A stretch of 64,000 bases of DNA from an uncultured delta proteobacterium (GTDB taxonomy: Bacteria > Myxococcota_A > Polyangia > Palsa-1104), in contig CAWAWS010000039.1 in assembly GCA_963785725.1 (NCBI GenBank), positions 160,001 to 224,000 on the forward strand, in the 5' to 3' direction. A model generated the notes under the pieces. The model was not told the origin of the DNA. It saw nothing but the letters and a program-made list of their open reading frames with translations, and made no database searches. Shown one piece after another: positions 10,121 through 19,798 of the stretch. The position numbers and the translations under genes were made by a program. Positions within the stretch are counted from its first letter, which is position 1. Every line of letters begins with the position of its first letter.

Positions 10121-11149
10121 GCGGGTTCTTGCTGCGTCATGCAGTGCAGCGTGCCCAGGCCCCACACGAGGTCGACGCAGTGGATGCCGACAATCTCGCG
10201 CGACGGAAACAGCTCGCCGAGGATACCGAGCGCGCGGCGATCGGCCGGATCATTGAACGTCGGCACGAGCACGACGTCGTTGGCGATGTAAAAGTTCGCG
10301 TAGCTCGCCGGCAAGCGCCGCCCTTCGAAGGCGAGCGCGCGCGGCATCGGCAGCTCGATGACGTCGAGCGTCCGCCCTTCGGCGTCGCGCGCGCCTTGCA
10401 GCCGCTCCCAGTTTTCCTCGAGCGCGCGATGGTTCTCGTCGCTGCCGTCGCGTTCGCGGCAGATGACCACGCGGCCGGGCGCGACGAAGCGCGCCAGGTC
10501 GTCGATGTGGCCGTGCGTGTCGTCGCCGGCGATGCCGCGGCCGAGCCAGACGACGTGCTCGACGCCGAGCTGCGCCCGCAACGTCGACTCGAGCTCCTCG
10601 CGTGACAGCTCGGGATTGCGCGCCTGCACCGCGTCCTGCAAGCACTCCTCGGTCGCCAAGCAGCGTGCCTTCGCCGTCGACGTCGACGGCGCCGCCTTCG
10701 AGCACGACCTGGCGTCCGCGCGCCTCGACTGTCACCGCTTGCACGCCGGCCGCATGCGCGATCGCCGGCGCCACCAGCGCGTCCAGCTGCCAATCGTCAT
10801 ACTTGGCCCAGGCGTTGAAATGCCAATGCGTCGCCAGCTTCTCGTTGCCGCGCTTGACGAACAGCGGCCCGGTGTCGCGCGTCCACGAGCGATTGGTCGC
10901 CACGCGCACGATGTCCCAGTTCGCCGCCGCGCCGACGAGCAGCAGCGTCTCGCGAATCTCCGCCTCGACGGCGTCGCTGGCTGCCAAGATGCGCACGCGC
11001 TCGTGCCGCGCCAAGTGGCGCACGAACTCGCCGTAGACCCAGCGAATGGGCGCGAATTTGCCCGGCCAGTCGCTCTCGTTGTGCGGCCACGCGATCCACG
11101 TCGCCGTATGCCGCGCCCACTCGCCCGGCATCATCGCCGAATTATTCAT
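10117..11149 (-). CDS. aguA: Agmatine deiminase; frameshift near 10660
   Basis: MPGEW..H, WTRDTGP, LEGGAVDVDGEG, DDTHGHIDD, ASYANFY and GLGTLHCMTQQ (catalytic Cys). Confidence 0.92.
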
Positions 11150-12026
11150 CGAGGAATCGCTTGGTGATCGGGCCGTAGGCGTCGATGCGGCGATCGCGCA
11201 AGAAGGGCCAGTTGCGCCGCGTCTCCTCGACGCGCCCGCGATCGCAGTCGACGATCAGCGTCTCCTCGTCGCTGCGACCGGCCTCTTTCAAGACGACGCC
11301 GAACGGATCGCACACGAACGAGCCGCCGAAGAACTCGATGCCGCCGTCGCTCGGCCCTTCGTGGCCGACGCGATTGACGGCGGCGACGAACACGCCGTTG
11401 GCGATGGCGTGCGAGCGCTGGATCGTCCGCCAGGCGTCGGCCTGCGCCGCGCCATATTGCGCCTTCTCCTTCGGATGCCAGCCGATCGCCGTCGGGTAGA
11501 AGAGGATCTCGGCGCCTTGCAACGCCGTCAGCCGCGCGCCTTCGGGATACCATTGATCCCAGCACACCAGCGTGCCGATGCGGCCGAACTTCGTGTCGTG
11601 CGCGCGAAACCCGAGATCGCCCGGCGTGAAGTAGAACTTCTCGTAGTAGAGCGGATCGTCGGGGATGTGCATCTTGCGATAGAGCCCGCGGATGCTGCCG
11701 TCGGCGTCGAGGACCGCCGCCGTGTTGTGATACAGCCCCGCCGCGCGCCGCTCGAAGAGCGAGGCCACGATGACGACGCCGTGCGCCTTGGCGACTTTCG
11801 TCAGCACTTCCGTCGACGGACCGGGGATCGACTCGGCCAGATCGAACTTGGCGTGATCTTCGGTCTGACAGAAATATTGCGCGCGAAACAGCTCCTGCAG
11901 GCAGACGACTTGGGCGCCCAGCTTGGCCGCCTCTTCGACTTTCGCCGCCGCTTTATCGAGGTTCTCGCGCGGATCGAGGCCGCAGCGCATTTGCACGAGC
12001 CCGACCGTGAACGTGTTCGGTTGCAT
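11142..12026 (-). CDS. aguB: Carbon-nitrogen hydrolase, N-carbamoylputrescine amidase
   Basis: CLQELF, YRKMHIPDDPLYYEKFYF and VCWDQWYPE triad motifs; adjacent to aguA. Confidence 0.9.
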   Translation of the reverse strand: MQPNTFTVGLVQMRCGLDPRENLDKAAAKVEEAAKLGAQVVCLQELFRAQYFCQTEDHAKFDLAESIPGPSTEVLTKVAKAHGVVIVASLFERRAAGLYHNTAAVLDADGSIRGLYRKMHIPDDPLYYEKFYFTPGDLGFRAHDTKFGRIGTLVCWDQWYPEGARLTALQGAEILFYPTAIGWHPKEKAQYGAAQADAWRTIQRSHAIANGVFVAAVNRVGHEGPSDGGIEFFGGSFVCDPFGVVLKEAGRSDEETLIVDCDRGRVEETRRNWPFLRDRRIDAYGPITKRFLDE

Positions 12027-12059
12027 CGCCGCGTAATCTGCAATCGGCGGCACGCGAAG

Positions 12060-13557
12060 TCAACGTCGGGAAATCGGCGGCGGCGGCGGCGACCACTGTG
12101 CCATCGAGGCGTCGACGATTCGTTGCAGAGGCGACCAGCACAAGAACAGCGCCAGCGTCGGCAGCGCCAAAATCGCCAGGAGGCCGCCGTGGACGCGCGC
12201 GATCGGCAGCGCCGTCTCGTTTTTCGGCGCCTCGAAGTACATCGTCTTCAGGACGCGCGCGTAAAAGTAGAGCGACAGCGCGGAGTTGAGGATGCCGACG
12301 AGCGCCAACGTCAGCATGAAGCTGCCGCCGCGCGCGAGCAACGCATAGAACAAGTAGAACTTGCCGAAGAAGCCGGCCAGCGGCGGCAAGCCGGTCAGCG
12401 AGAACAGGAAGACGGCCATGGCGGCGGCGGTGCGCGGCGCGCGGCGACCGAGGCCGGCAAAGCCAGCGATCGTCGGCGCCACGCCGACATTCTCGACGGC
12501 GATGATGACGACGAAGGCGCCCAAGCCCATGAACAAATAGGTGACGAGATAGAGCAGGATGGCGCGCGTGCCGTCGAGGCCGCCGGCGACGAGGCCGAGC
12601 AGCAAGTAGCCGGCGTGCGCGATCGAGGAGTAGGCGAGCAGTCGCTTGAGGTTCGTCTGCTGCAGCGCCGCCAGGTTGCCGAGCGTCATCGTCGCCGCCG
12701 CGATGAGGCCGAGCAGGAGCGGCCACGGCGCCGCCGCGTGGCCGATCTCGACGGGAATGGCGCCGCCGAAGAAGCGCAAGAGGAGCGCGAATCCGGCGGC
12801 TTTCGGGCCGACCGACAAGAACGCGCTGACCGGCGTGGGCGCGCCTTCATAGACGTCGGGGCACCACATGTGGAACGGCACGGCGGCGACTTTGTAGCCG
12901 AAGCCGGCCAAGCAGAAGACGACGGCGAGCAGCACCGTGGCCGTCGCGGGCGTGGCGACGCAGGCGAGGCGAACGGCGGTGAAGCTGGTCGAGCCGGCGA
13001 GGCCGTACAAGAGCGACATGCCGTAGAGCATCACGCCCGAGGCGACGCCGCCGTAGATGACGTATTTGAGCGCGGCCTCGGCCGATTGGCGCGAGCGGCG
13101 ACGGAAGCCGGCGAGCACGTAGCTCATGATCGAGACCATCTCGAGCGCCAGGAACGCCGTCAGCAGGTTGGTCGCCGAGGCCATCAAGATCATGCCCAAC
13201 GTCGTCGTCAGGATGAGCGCGTGCAGCTCGGCGGCGCCGTTCGCCGTCCGGCCCAATGGCATCGTTCGCGCGCCACGTGGCCACGGCGATGAGCGCGTTC
13301 GCCAGCAGGAAATAGAGCGTGAAGAAGTCGGCCAGCGGATCGCGCGCCATCAGGCCGAAGAAGAGGCCGCGGCCGGCCGGATCGGCGGTCGCGATCGTCG
13401 CCCAAGCGGCGGCGGCGAGCGCGACGAGCGTCAACGCCGTCGCCCGCGCGTTCGACCGCTTGCCGGCGATCAGATCGACCGCGAGGATGACGAAGACGGC
13501 GATCGACACGATCGTCGCCGGCAGAAACGGCACGAGGCTGTGCGCGTTGTCGAGCAA
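12060..13557 (-). CDS. nuoN: NADH-quinone oxidoreductase subunit N; frameshift near 13250
   Basis: EAALKYVIYG, GYKVAAVPFHMWCPDVYEGAP, KRLLAYSSIAHAGY and GLPPLAGFFGK; the N-terminus is in another frame (12847..13557 ORF). Confidence 0.92.
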
Positions 13558-15549
13558 CTAGGGCAGCCCTGCCAGCGCGCCGGCGCCGCTTCCGCCGCTC
13601 ACGTGGCGCAACAGATCGCCGAGCCCGGTCTCGATGAGCGACAAGATCGGCAGCGGGTAAAAGCCGAGCACGAGCACGATCGCCGCCAGCGGCAGCAGCG
13701 TCACGGCTTCGCGGAAGGTCACGTCGTTGAAGATGCGGCGATCGGTCCACGCCGAATTCCACGGACCCAGCTGCACGCGCTGCAGCGCCCACAGATGATA
13801 GGCCGCCGTGATGACCACCCCGAGCGCGGCCACGAGCACGATGGCGCGATGCACCGGGAAGGCGCCCAAGAAGACGAGCAGCTCGCCGATGAAGCCCGAC
13901 AGCCCGGGCAGACCGAGCGACGCCATGAACGCGAAGCCGAACAGCGCCGCGTACTTCGGCATTTGCGTCGCCATGCCGCCGAAGCGATCGATGTCGCGGG
14001 TGTGCGCGCGATCGTAGAGCACGCCGACGAGCAAGAAGAGCATGGCGGTGATCGTGCCGTGGTTGAACAGCTGCAGCATGGCGCCGTCGAAGCCGCTCCT
14101 CGTGAACGCCGCGATGCCGACGAGGCAGTAGCCCATGTGGCTCACCGACGAGTAGGCGACGAGCTTCTTCAAGTCGCGCTGGGCGAAGGCGCACAACGCG
14201 CCGTACAAAATATTGATGGCGCCGAAGACGGCCATCGTCGTCGCGGCCCACTGCGTGGCGACGGGCAGCATGGCGAAGTTGACGCGCAAGATGCCGTAGA
14301 TGCCCATCTTCAGGAGCACGCCGGCGAGGATGACGCTGATGGCCGTCGGCGCCTCGACGTGCGCGTCGGGCAGCCACGTGTGAAACGGGAACATCGGCAC
14401 TTTGATGGCGAAGCCGATGAAGAACGCGACCCACACGACGTGCGTGAAATCGAGGCCGAAGAGCGTCAGGCCCTTGGCGTTCCAGTCGTTGGCGTAGGCC
14501 AGCTTGACCATGTCGAACGTGTGCGCTGCCGGCGAGCCGTCGATGAGCGTCGTCGGCGCGGCGTTGTAATAGAGCGCGATGATGGCCAGCAGCATCAACA
14601 CCGAGCCGGCCAGCGTGTAGAGGAAGAACTTGATGGCGGCGTACTCTTTGCGCGGACCACCCCAGATGCCGATGAGGAAGTACATCGGCAAGAGCATCAG
14701 CTCCCAAAAGACGTAGAAGAGGAAGAAGTCGAGCGCGCAGAACGTGCCGAGCATGCCGGTCTCGAGCAGCAAAAAGAGCGCGAAATAGCCGCGCACGTCG
14801 CGCTCGATGTTGAAGCTGGCGATGACGGCGATCGTCGAAACCAGCGCCGTCAACAGCACCATCGTGATCGACAGGCCGTCGACGCCGACGAAGTATTCGA
14901 CGTGGAAGCTCGGGATCCACACGGCGTGCTGGATGAACTGCAGGCCGCCGTTGCCGTGCACCTGCGCGAAGGTGCGATCGAAGCGCGCGCACAAGAAGAT
15001 CGAGGCGGCGAGCGGCACCAGCGTCGTCGCCAAGGCCAAGCCGCGCATGAGGTTGTGGCGACCGGCGGGCGCGAGCAGGATCAAGACGGCGCCCGCGAGC
15101 GGGAAGAAGATCAAGAGCGTGAGCAGCCACGACGAGCCGTAGCGCAAGGCGACGCCGGTGACGCGCAGCGACGTGTCATGCAGATCGACGGGCTGAGTCG
15201 CGTCGTCGCTGAAGATCTGCACGGCGCCGAACGCTTGCGTGCGCTTGCCGTCGGGGATGAAGCGCACTTGCAGCGGCAAGGCTTCGCCCGGCTGCAGCGT
15301 CTTGTGGCCCGGATCGTCGACGGCAAAGCCGTAGGAGTCGTCGGTCTTGGCCACGCGATGCAGCTGCAGCGGCGCGAGGCCGCGGTTTTGCAGCGTCAAC
15401 GTCTGCGCGCCAGCACCGGTGAACGTCAGCGACGACGGCGTGACCACCAGCGTCGCCGGCCCGTGCAGCGAAGACGACGAAGCGCCGTCGGCGTGCGCGA
15501 CGGCTCCGCACGCGGCGACGACGCAGGCAATTACGAACGCGTACTTCAT
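13558..15549 (-). CDS. nuoM: NADH-quinone oxidoreductase subunit M with N-terminal signal peptide and Ig-like extension
   Basis: GVDGLS, FWELMLLPMY, KVPMFPFHTWLPDAHVEAP and LVAYSSVSHMG; about 140 extra N-terminal residues. Confidence 0.95.
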   Translation of the reverse strand: MKYAFVIACVVAACGAVAHADGASSSSLHGPATLVVTPSSLTFTGAGAQTLTLQNRGLAPLQLHRVAKTDDSYGFAVDDPGHKTLQPGEALPLQVRFIPDGKRTQAFGAVQIFSDDATQPVDLHDTSLRVTGVALRYGSSWLLTLLIFFPLAGAVLILLAPAGRHNLMRGLALATTLVPLAASIFLCARFDRTFAQVHGNGGLQFIQHAVWIPSFHVEYFVGVDGLSITMVLLTALVSTIAVIASFNIERDVRGYFALFLLLETGMLGTFCALDFFLFYVFWELMLLPMYFLIGIWGGPRKEYAAIKFFLYTLAGSVLMLLAIIALYYNAAPTTLIDGSPAAHTFDMVKLAYANDWNAKGLTLFGLDFTHVVWVAFFIGFAIKVPMFPFHTWLPDAHVEAPTAISVILAGVLLKMGIYGILRVNFAMLPVATQWAATTMAVFGAINILYGALCAFAQRDLKKLVAYSSVSHMGYCLVGIAAFTRSGFDGAMLQLFNHGTITAMLFLLVGVLYDRAHTRDIDRFGGMATQMPKYAALFGFAFMASLGLPGLSGFIGELLVFLGAFPVHRAIVLVAALGVVITAAYHLWALQRVQLGPWNSAWTDRRIFNDVTFREAVTLLPLAAIVLVLGFYPLPILSLIETGLGDLLRHVSGGSGAGALAGLP

Positions 15550-15559
15550 GGCAGCTCCG

Positions 15560-17914
15560 TCATAGCCAGCTCGTGAGGACGATCAAAAGGACGATGCCGA
15601 CGGCGACGCCGAGCACGTAGTTGTTGATGCGGCCGGTTTGCATGCGACGCAGCGCGCGGCCGGAGCCGAGCAGCAAGTTGGCGACGCCGTCGACGGCGCC
15701 GTCGACGAGGTAGCGATCGATGAGGCCCGACAGCGCCGCGGCCGTGCGCGCGACGGCGGCGATGGCGGCGACGAGGCCGTCGACGACGTTCACGTCGAGC
15801 CAGGCAGCGGCGTGCGCGAGGCGGCCGAAGCTGCGCACGACGGTGCGGTCGTAGAGCTCGTCGACGCGGAAGCAATCGTAGGCCAGCGCGTGCACGGCGG
15901 CGAAGCGCGCGCGCAAGCGCACCAGCGGCTGGCTGGTCGCGCCGAGGTCACGATAGAGCGCCCGCGCGCCCAGCCAGCCGCCGAACGCCGCCGCCAGCGA
16001 CGCCAGCATCAACCCGGCCTCGGCGGGCGTGCTCGTCGACGGTTTCGGCAGCCACGCTTGCGTCAGCTGGGTCACCGGCATGAGCCACTCGGCCAGCCAC
16101 GGCTCGTGATGCGTTAGCAGCAGCGGCAGCGCCAGCGCCGGCCCGACGATGAACGTGAGCGCGCCCAAGATCGCCAGCGGCACCGTCATCGAGCGCGGCG
16201 ACTCCACGATGTGCGCCCGCTGCTCGTCGGTCGGCGCGTGGGCGGCGAACGCCAAATAGTAGGCGCGGAAGCTGTAAAACGCGGTGCAGAGCGCGGTCGC
16301 GAGGCCGAACGCCCACAAGACGCCGCTGCGGCCGAATTCGGAGGTCAGGATCTCGTCCTTCGAGTAAAAGCCGGCCCCGAGCGGCAAGCCGGCGATGGCC
16401 CAGCACGCCGCGAAGTAGGTCCAGCGCGTCGTCGGCATGAGCGCGCCCAACCCGCCCATGTTGCGCAGATCTTGCGGGTCGGTGGCGTCGGCCGCCAGCC
16501 GCGGGTCGAGCGGCTTGGGCGCGTGGTCGTCGTCGCCGTGCGCCTGGTCGTGCAGCTCGCGCTCGGAGTCGTGGGCGTGGCTGCGCGCGTGCGTCAGGCG
16601 GTGCATGCCGTGGATGACGCTGCCGGCGCCGAGAAACAGGCAGGCCTTGAAGACGGCGTGGGTGACGAGGTGGAAGATGGCGGTCCAAAAGGCGCCCACA
16701 CCGACGGCCACGAACATGAAGCCGAGCTGCGAAATCGTCGAGTAGGCGAGGACTTTTTTGATGTCGTATTGGAACAGCGCGATGACGGCGGCGAAGAGCG
16801 CAGTGGCGGCGCCGACGATCGCGATCGTCGTCATGACTGCCGGCGCCAGCACGATGAGGAAGCCGAGGCGCGACATGAGGTAGACACCGGCCGTCACCAT
16901 CGTCGCCGCGTGAATGAGCGCCGACACCGGCGTCGGGCCCGCCATCGCGTCGGGCAGCCAGACGTAAAGCGGCAGCTGCGCCGACTTTCCGGTCGCCGCC
17001 AGCAAGAGGAAGAGCGCGATGAGCGTCACCACCGGGATCGACCACAGCGTCTTTTGCTGCAGCGCCAGCGCCAGCGGCCGCGCGCCGCTTTCATCGGTCA
17101 CCGCCAGCTGCGCCTGCAGCTCGCGGAATACGACCGTGGGCGCGACGGTGACGAGCGCGTGCGACGTGGCGCTGGCGGCGGCGGCGTCCGGCTCCGCGGT
17201 GACGGCGACGGCCAGCTGCGCCGTGCGACCGGCCGGATCTTCCGGATAATAACGGTGATCGATGGCCGACCAGCTGCCGCCGAGGCTCCAGAACAAGAGC
17301 AGCAACGCGGCGATGAAGCCCCAGTCGCCGACGCGGTTGACGACGAAGGCTTTGAGGCCGGCGCTGGCGTTCTTGCGCTCGCGATACCAGAAGCCGATGA
17401 GCAAGTAGCTGCACAGGCCGACGCCTTCCCAGCCGAAGAACAGCGTCACGAAGCTGTCGCCGAGAACGAGCAGCAGCATGGCGAATATAAACAAGTTGAG
17501 ATAGGCGAAGAAGCGCCACTGCGCCGGATCGTCGTGCATGTAGCCGGCCGAGTAGACGTGGATGAGCGTGCCGACGAGCGTGATGACGAGCAGCAGAGTC
17601 GCGCTCAGCGGATCGAGGGCGAGCGCGAAGTCGACGCGCAGGTTGCCGACGGCGAGCATCGGGAAGACGCGATCGTGCAGGTAGCGCGCGGCGGCCGGCA
17701 GCGCGGCCAGCTGTCCGACGGCGACCAGCGCGAGCGCGGCGGCGGCGAGCATGACGCCGATGGCGATGGCGTGAACGACGCGCGCGCCGAAGCGCCGCTG
17801 CAACGTCGCGCCGCACAGGCCGTTGATCGCCGCGCCGACGAGCGGCAAGAGCGGGATCAGGAACAGCCAGCCGACTGTCGTGAGGCGCGGAATGGCGGCG
17901 GTGACGGGCGGCAT
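15560..17914 (-). CDS. nuoL: NADH-quinone oxidoreductase subunit L with insertions
   Basis: GWEGVGLCSYLLIGFW, KSAQLPLYVWLPDAMAGPTPVSALIHAATMV, KVLAYSTISQLG and QTGRINNY. Confidence 0.96.
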   Translation of the reverse strand: MPPVTAAIPRLTTVGWLFLIPLLPLVGAAINGLCGATLQRRFGARVVHAIAIGVMLAAAALALVAVGQLAALPAAARYLHDRVFPMLAVGNLRVDFALALDPLSATLLLVITLVGTLIHVYSAGYMHDDPAQWRFFAYLNLFIFAMLLLVLGDSFVTLFFGWEGVGLCSYLLIGFWYRERKNASAGLKAFVVNRVGDWGFIAALLLLFWSLGGSWSAIDHRYYPEDPAGRTAQLAVAVTAEPDAAAASATSHALVTVAPTVVFRELQAQLAVTDESGARPLALALQQKTLWSIPVVTLIALFLLLAATGKSAQLPLYVWLPDAMAGPTPVSALIHAATMVTAGVYLMSRLGFLIVLAPAVMTTIAIVGAATALFAAVIALFQYDIKKVLAYSTISQLGFMFVAVGVGAFWTAIFHLVTHAVFKACLFLGAGSVIHGMHRLTHARSHAHDSERELHDQAHGDDDHAPKPLDPRLAADATDPQDLRNMGGLGALMPTTRWTYFAACWAIAGLPLGAGFYSKDEILTSEFGRSGVLWAFGLATALCTAFYSFRAYYLAFAAHAPTDEQRAHIVESPRSMTVPLAILGALTFIVGPALALPLLLTHHEPWLAEWLMPVTQLTQAWLPKPSTSTPAEAGLMLASLAAAFGGWLGARALYRDLGATSQPLVRLRARFAAVHALAYDCFRVDELYDRTVVRSFGRLAHAAAWLDVNVVDGLVAAIAAVARTAAALSGLIDRYLVDGAVDGVANLLLGSGRALRRMQTGRINNYVLGVAVGIVLLIVLTSWL

Positions 17915-18243
17915 CAGTCTTTGAGCGTCGACACGTCGTTGGCGTCGATGGAGTGAAAGTGGCGGAAGATCGCGAGCACGATGGCGAGCGCGATGGCGGC
18001 TTCGGCGGCGGCGAGCACGATGATGAAGAGCGCGAACACCAGGCCGCCGACGTTGCCTTCGACGAAGTGCGCGAAGGCGACGAAGTTGAGCGCGGCGGCG
18101 TTCAAGATGAGCTCGACGCCCATGAGAATGGCGACGGCGTTGCGGCGCGAGGCGACCGTGACGAGCCCGAGGCCGAACAAGATCGCCGACACGACGAGGA
18201 AGTGCGGCAGGCCGACGGCGCCGACGGTGGTCGCGGCGTTCAC
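17914..18243 (-). CDS. nuoK: NADH-quinone oxidoreductase subunit K
   Basis: RRNAVAILMGVELILNAA and AAAEAAIALA; GTG start overlaps the nuoJ stop. Confidence 0.95.
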   Translation of the reverse strand: MNAATTVGAVGLPHFLVVSAILFGLGLVTVASRRNAVAILMGVELILNAAALNFVAFAHFVEGNVGGLVFALFIIVLAAAEAAIALAIVLAIFRHFHSIDANDVSTLKD

Positions 18244-18755
18244 GAGCGCTTCTCCTTCGCGGCGCGGCGCGCGATGACCATGGCGCCGACGAGCGCCATC
18301 AGCAGCACCAGCGACACGACCTCGAACGGCATGAGCAGCTCGCGCAGAAAGGCGTCGCCGAGGCGCGCGGTCATGGGCGCGGGCACGGCCTCGGTGGTCG
18401 GCCACGGCGTCGACAGGCCGATGCGCACGAGCAGCACGACGAGCCCGGCGATCGTCGGCAGCGCAAACGCGAGACCGGTCGAGCGATTGGAGATCTTGAT
18501 GTCGCCGATGCGATTGGTGAGCAGCACCGCGAACAGGATGAGGACGAGGATGCCGCCGACGTAAATGAGCAGCTGCGCGACGCCCAAGAAGTCGGCCGCC
18601 AAGTAGAGGTAGAGCCCGGCGATGCCGACGAGCGTGCCGAGCAGCGCGAAGCCGGAGTAGAGGATGTTGCGCGAAAAGGCCACGCCCGCCGCCGAGCCGA
18701 GCGTCAGCGCGGCGAGCAGGTAAAAGAAGAACGCGCCCGGCACCCACGCGCTCAT
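18240..18755 (-). CDS. nuoJ: NADH-quinone oxidoreductase subunit J
   Basis: ADFLGVAQLLIYVGGILVLILFAVLL and PFEVVSLVLL. Confidence 0.95.
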   Translation of the reverse strand: MSAWVPGAFFFYLLAALTLGSAAGVAFSRNILYSGFALLGTLVGIAGLYLYLAADFLGVAQLLIYVGGILVLILFAVLLTNRIGDIKISNRSTGLAFALPTIAGLVVLLVRIGLSTPWPTTEAVPAPMTARLGDAFLRELLMPFEVVSLVLLMALVGAMVIARRAAKEKRS

Positions 18756-18807
18756 GGCCGCACCGAAAGCGGCACTGAGCTGCCCGCCGAGCCGCGGACG
18801 CTGCGGG

Positions 18808-19798
18808 TCATGTCGGCTCCTTTGTGGTCGCTGCTGCCGGCTTCGCGGCTTCGGCTTTGAGCGTGGCGGTCGACGCCTGCGCGGCGGCGTCGGCGGGCGT
18901 GGCGCCGCGACGGAGCTGCACGATCAAGTGCGCGTCGCGCGTGGCTTTGGCGCCGCCGGGCGCGCACTTGGCGAGCGCGCGATCTTTGCCGGCGGCGATG
19001 GCGTCGGCGTACGCGCGGCAGCTCGCCCAGCCGCACTGCTCGCAGTCGGTCTTGGCCAGCGCCTCTTTGACGAGCAGCTGCGCGATGGCCGCGTCGTCGT
19101 CGCGCGCCGCCGCCACCAGCGGCTGCAGCGCCTCCGCGCGCGCCAACGCCACATCGGCGCGCGTCAGCTCGGCGACGCTGCCGCCCGCGCGCTGCGCCAG
19201 CGACCAGCGGAACGCCACCGGATTCGCCGACTGCGCCGTGCGCCGCACTTGCCGCGCGATGAGCCCGCGCTTGGGCGTCGGCGGAACTTGCCCTTTGTGC
19301 GGCTTGTAGGGCACGACCGGATCGCCGCGCGCACGAAGCGGAAGGTCAGCGACGGAAAATCGCTGGTCGCGCCTTCGAACTCGCGCGTCATGCGGATGGC
19401 TTTGGTGACCTCGTCGATCGCCGGGCGCCGTCGCTTCGATGGGGCAGCTCTCGACGCAAATGCCGCAGTACATGCACTTGCCCATGTCGATGTCGAAGCG
19501 GGTCATGGCGCGCTGATCGCCGACCTTCTCGATGTCGATGGCGATGACGTTGATGGGGCAGTCGCGCTCGCACGCTTTGCAGGCGGTGCAGATGTCCATG
19601 TCGACTTCGAGGAAGCCGCGATAGCGCTCGGGCAAGCTGTCGACGACGGGCACGTCGGTGCGATCGGGATATTGCACGGTCGTCGGGCGGCGGAAATATT
19701 GCGCCATCGTGATGGCGAGCCCCTCGGCGGTCGTGCGCGCGGCGGCGACGACGTTGCCGAAGTAGCCGCGCTTGAGCGCCTTGCCCGACTCGCTCCAT
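18808..19798 (-). CDS. nuoI: NuoI-like 2[4Fe-4S] subunit with extra C-terminal RnfB-type FeS domain; compensating frameshifts at ~19415 and ~19330; reads in frame with nuoH as assembled
   Basis: TVQYPD, RYRG, CTACKACERDCP and CMYCGICVESCP; C-terminal DCEQCGWASCRAYADAIAAG..KCAPGG. Confidence 0.88.

Noticed and set aside
6637..13557. True pseudogenes or programmed frameshifts
   Set aside because: Motifs are intact, there are no premature in-frame decay signs or slippery sites, and the indels are scattered; sequencing error is more parsimonious
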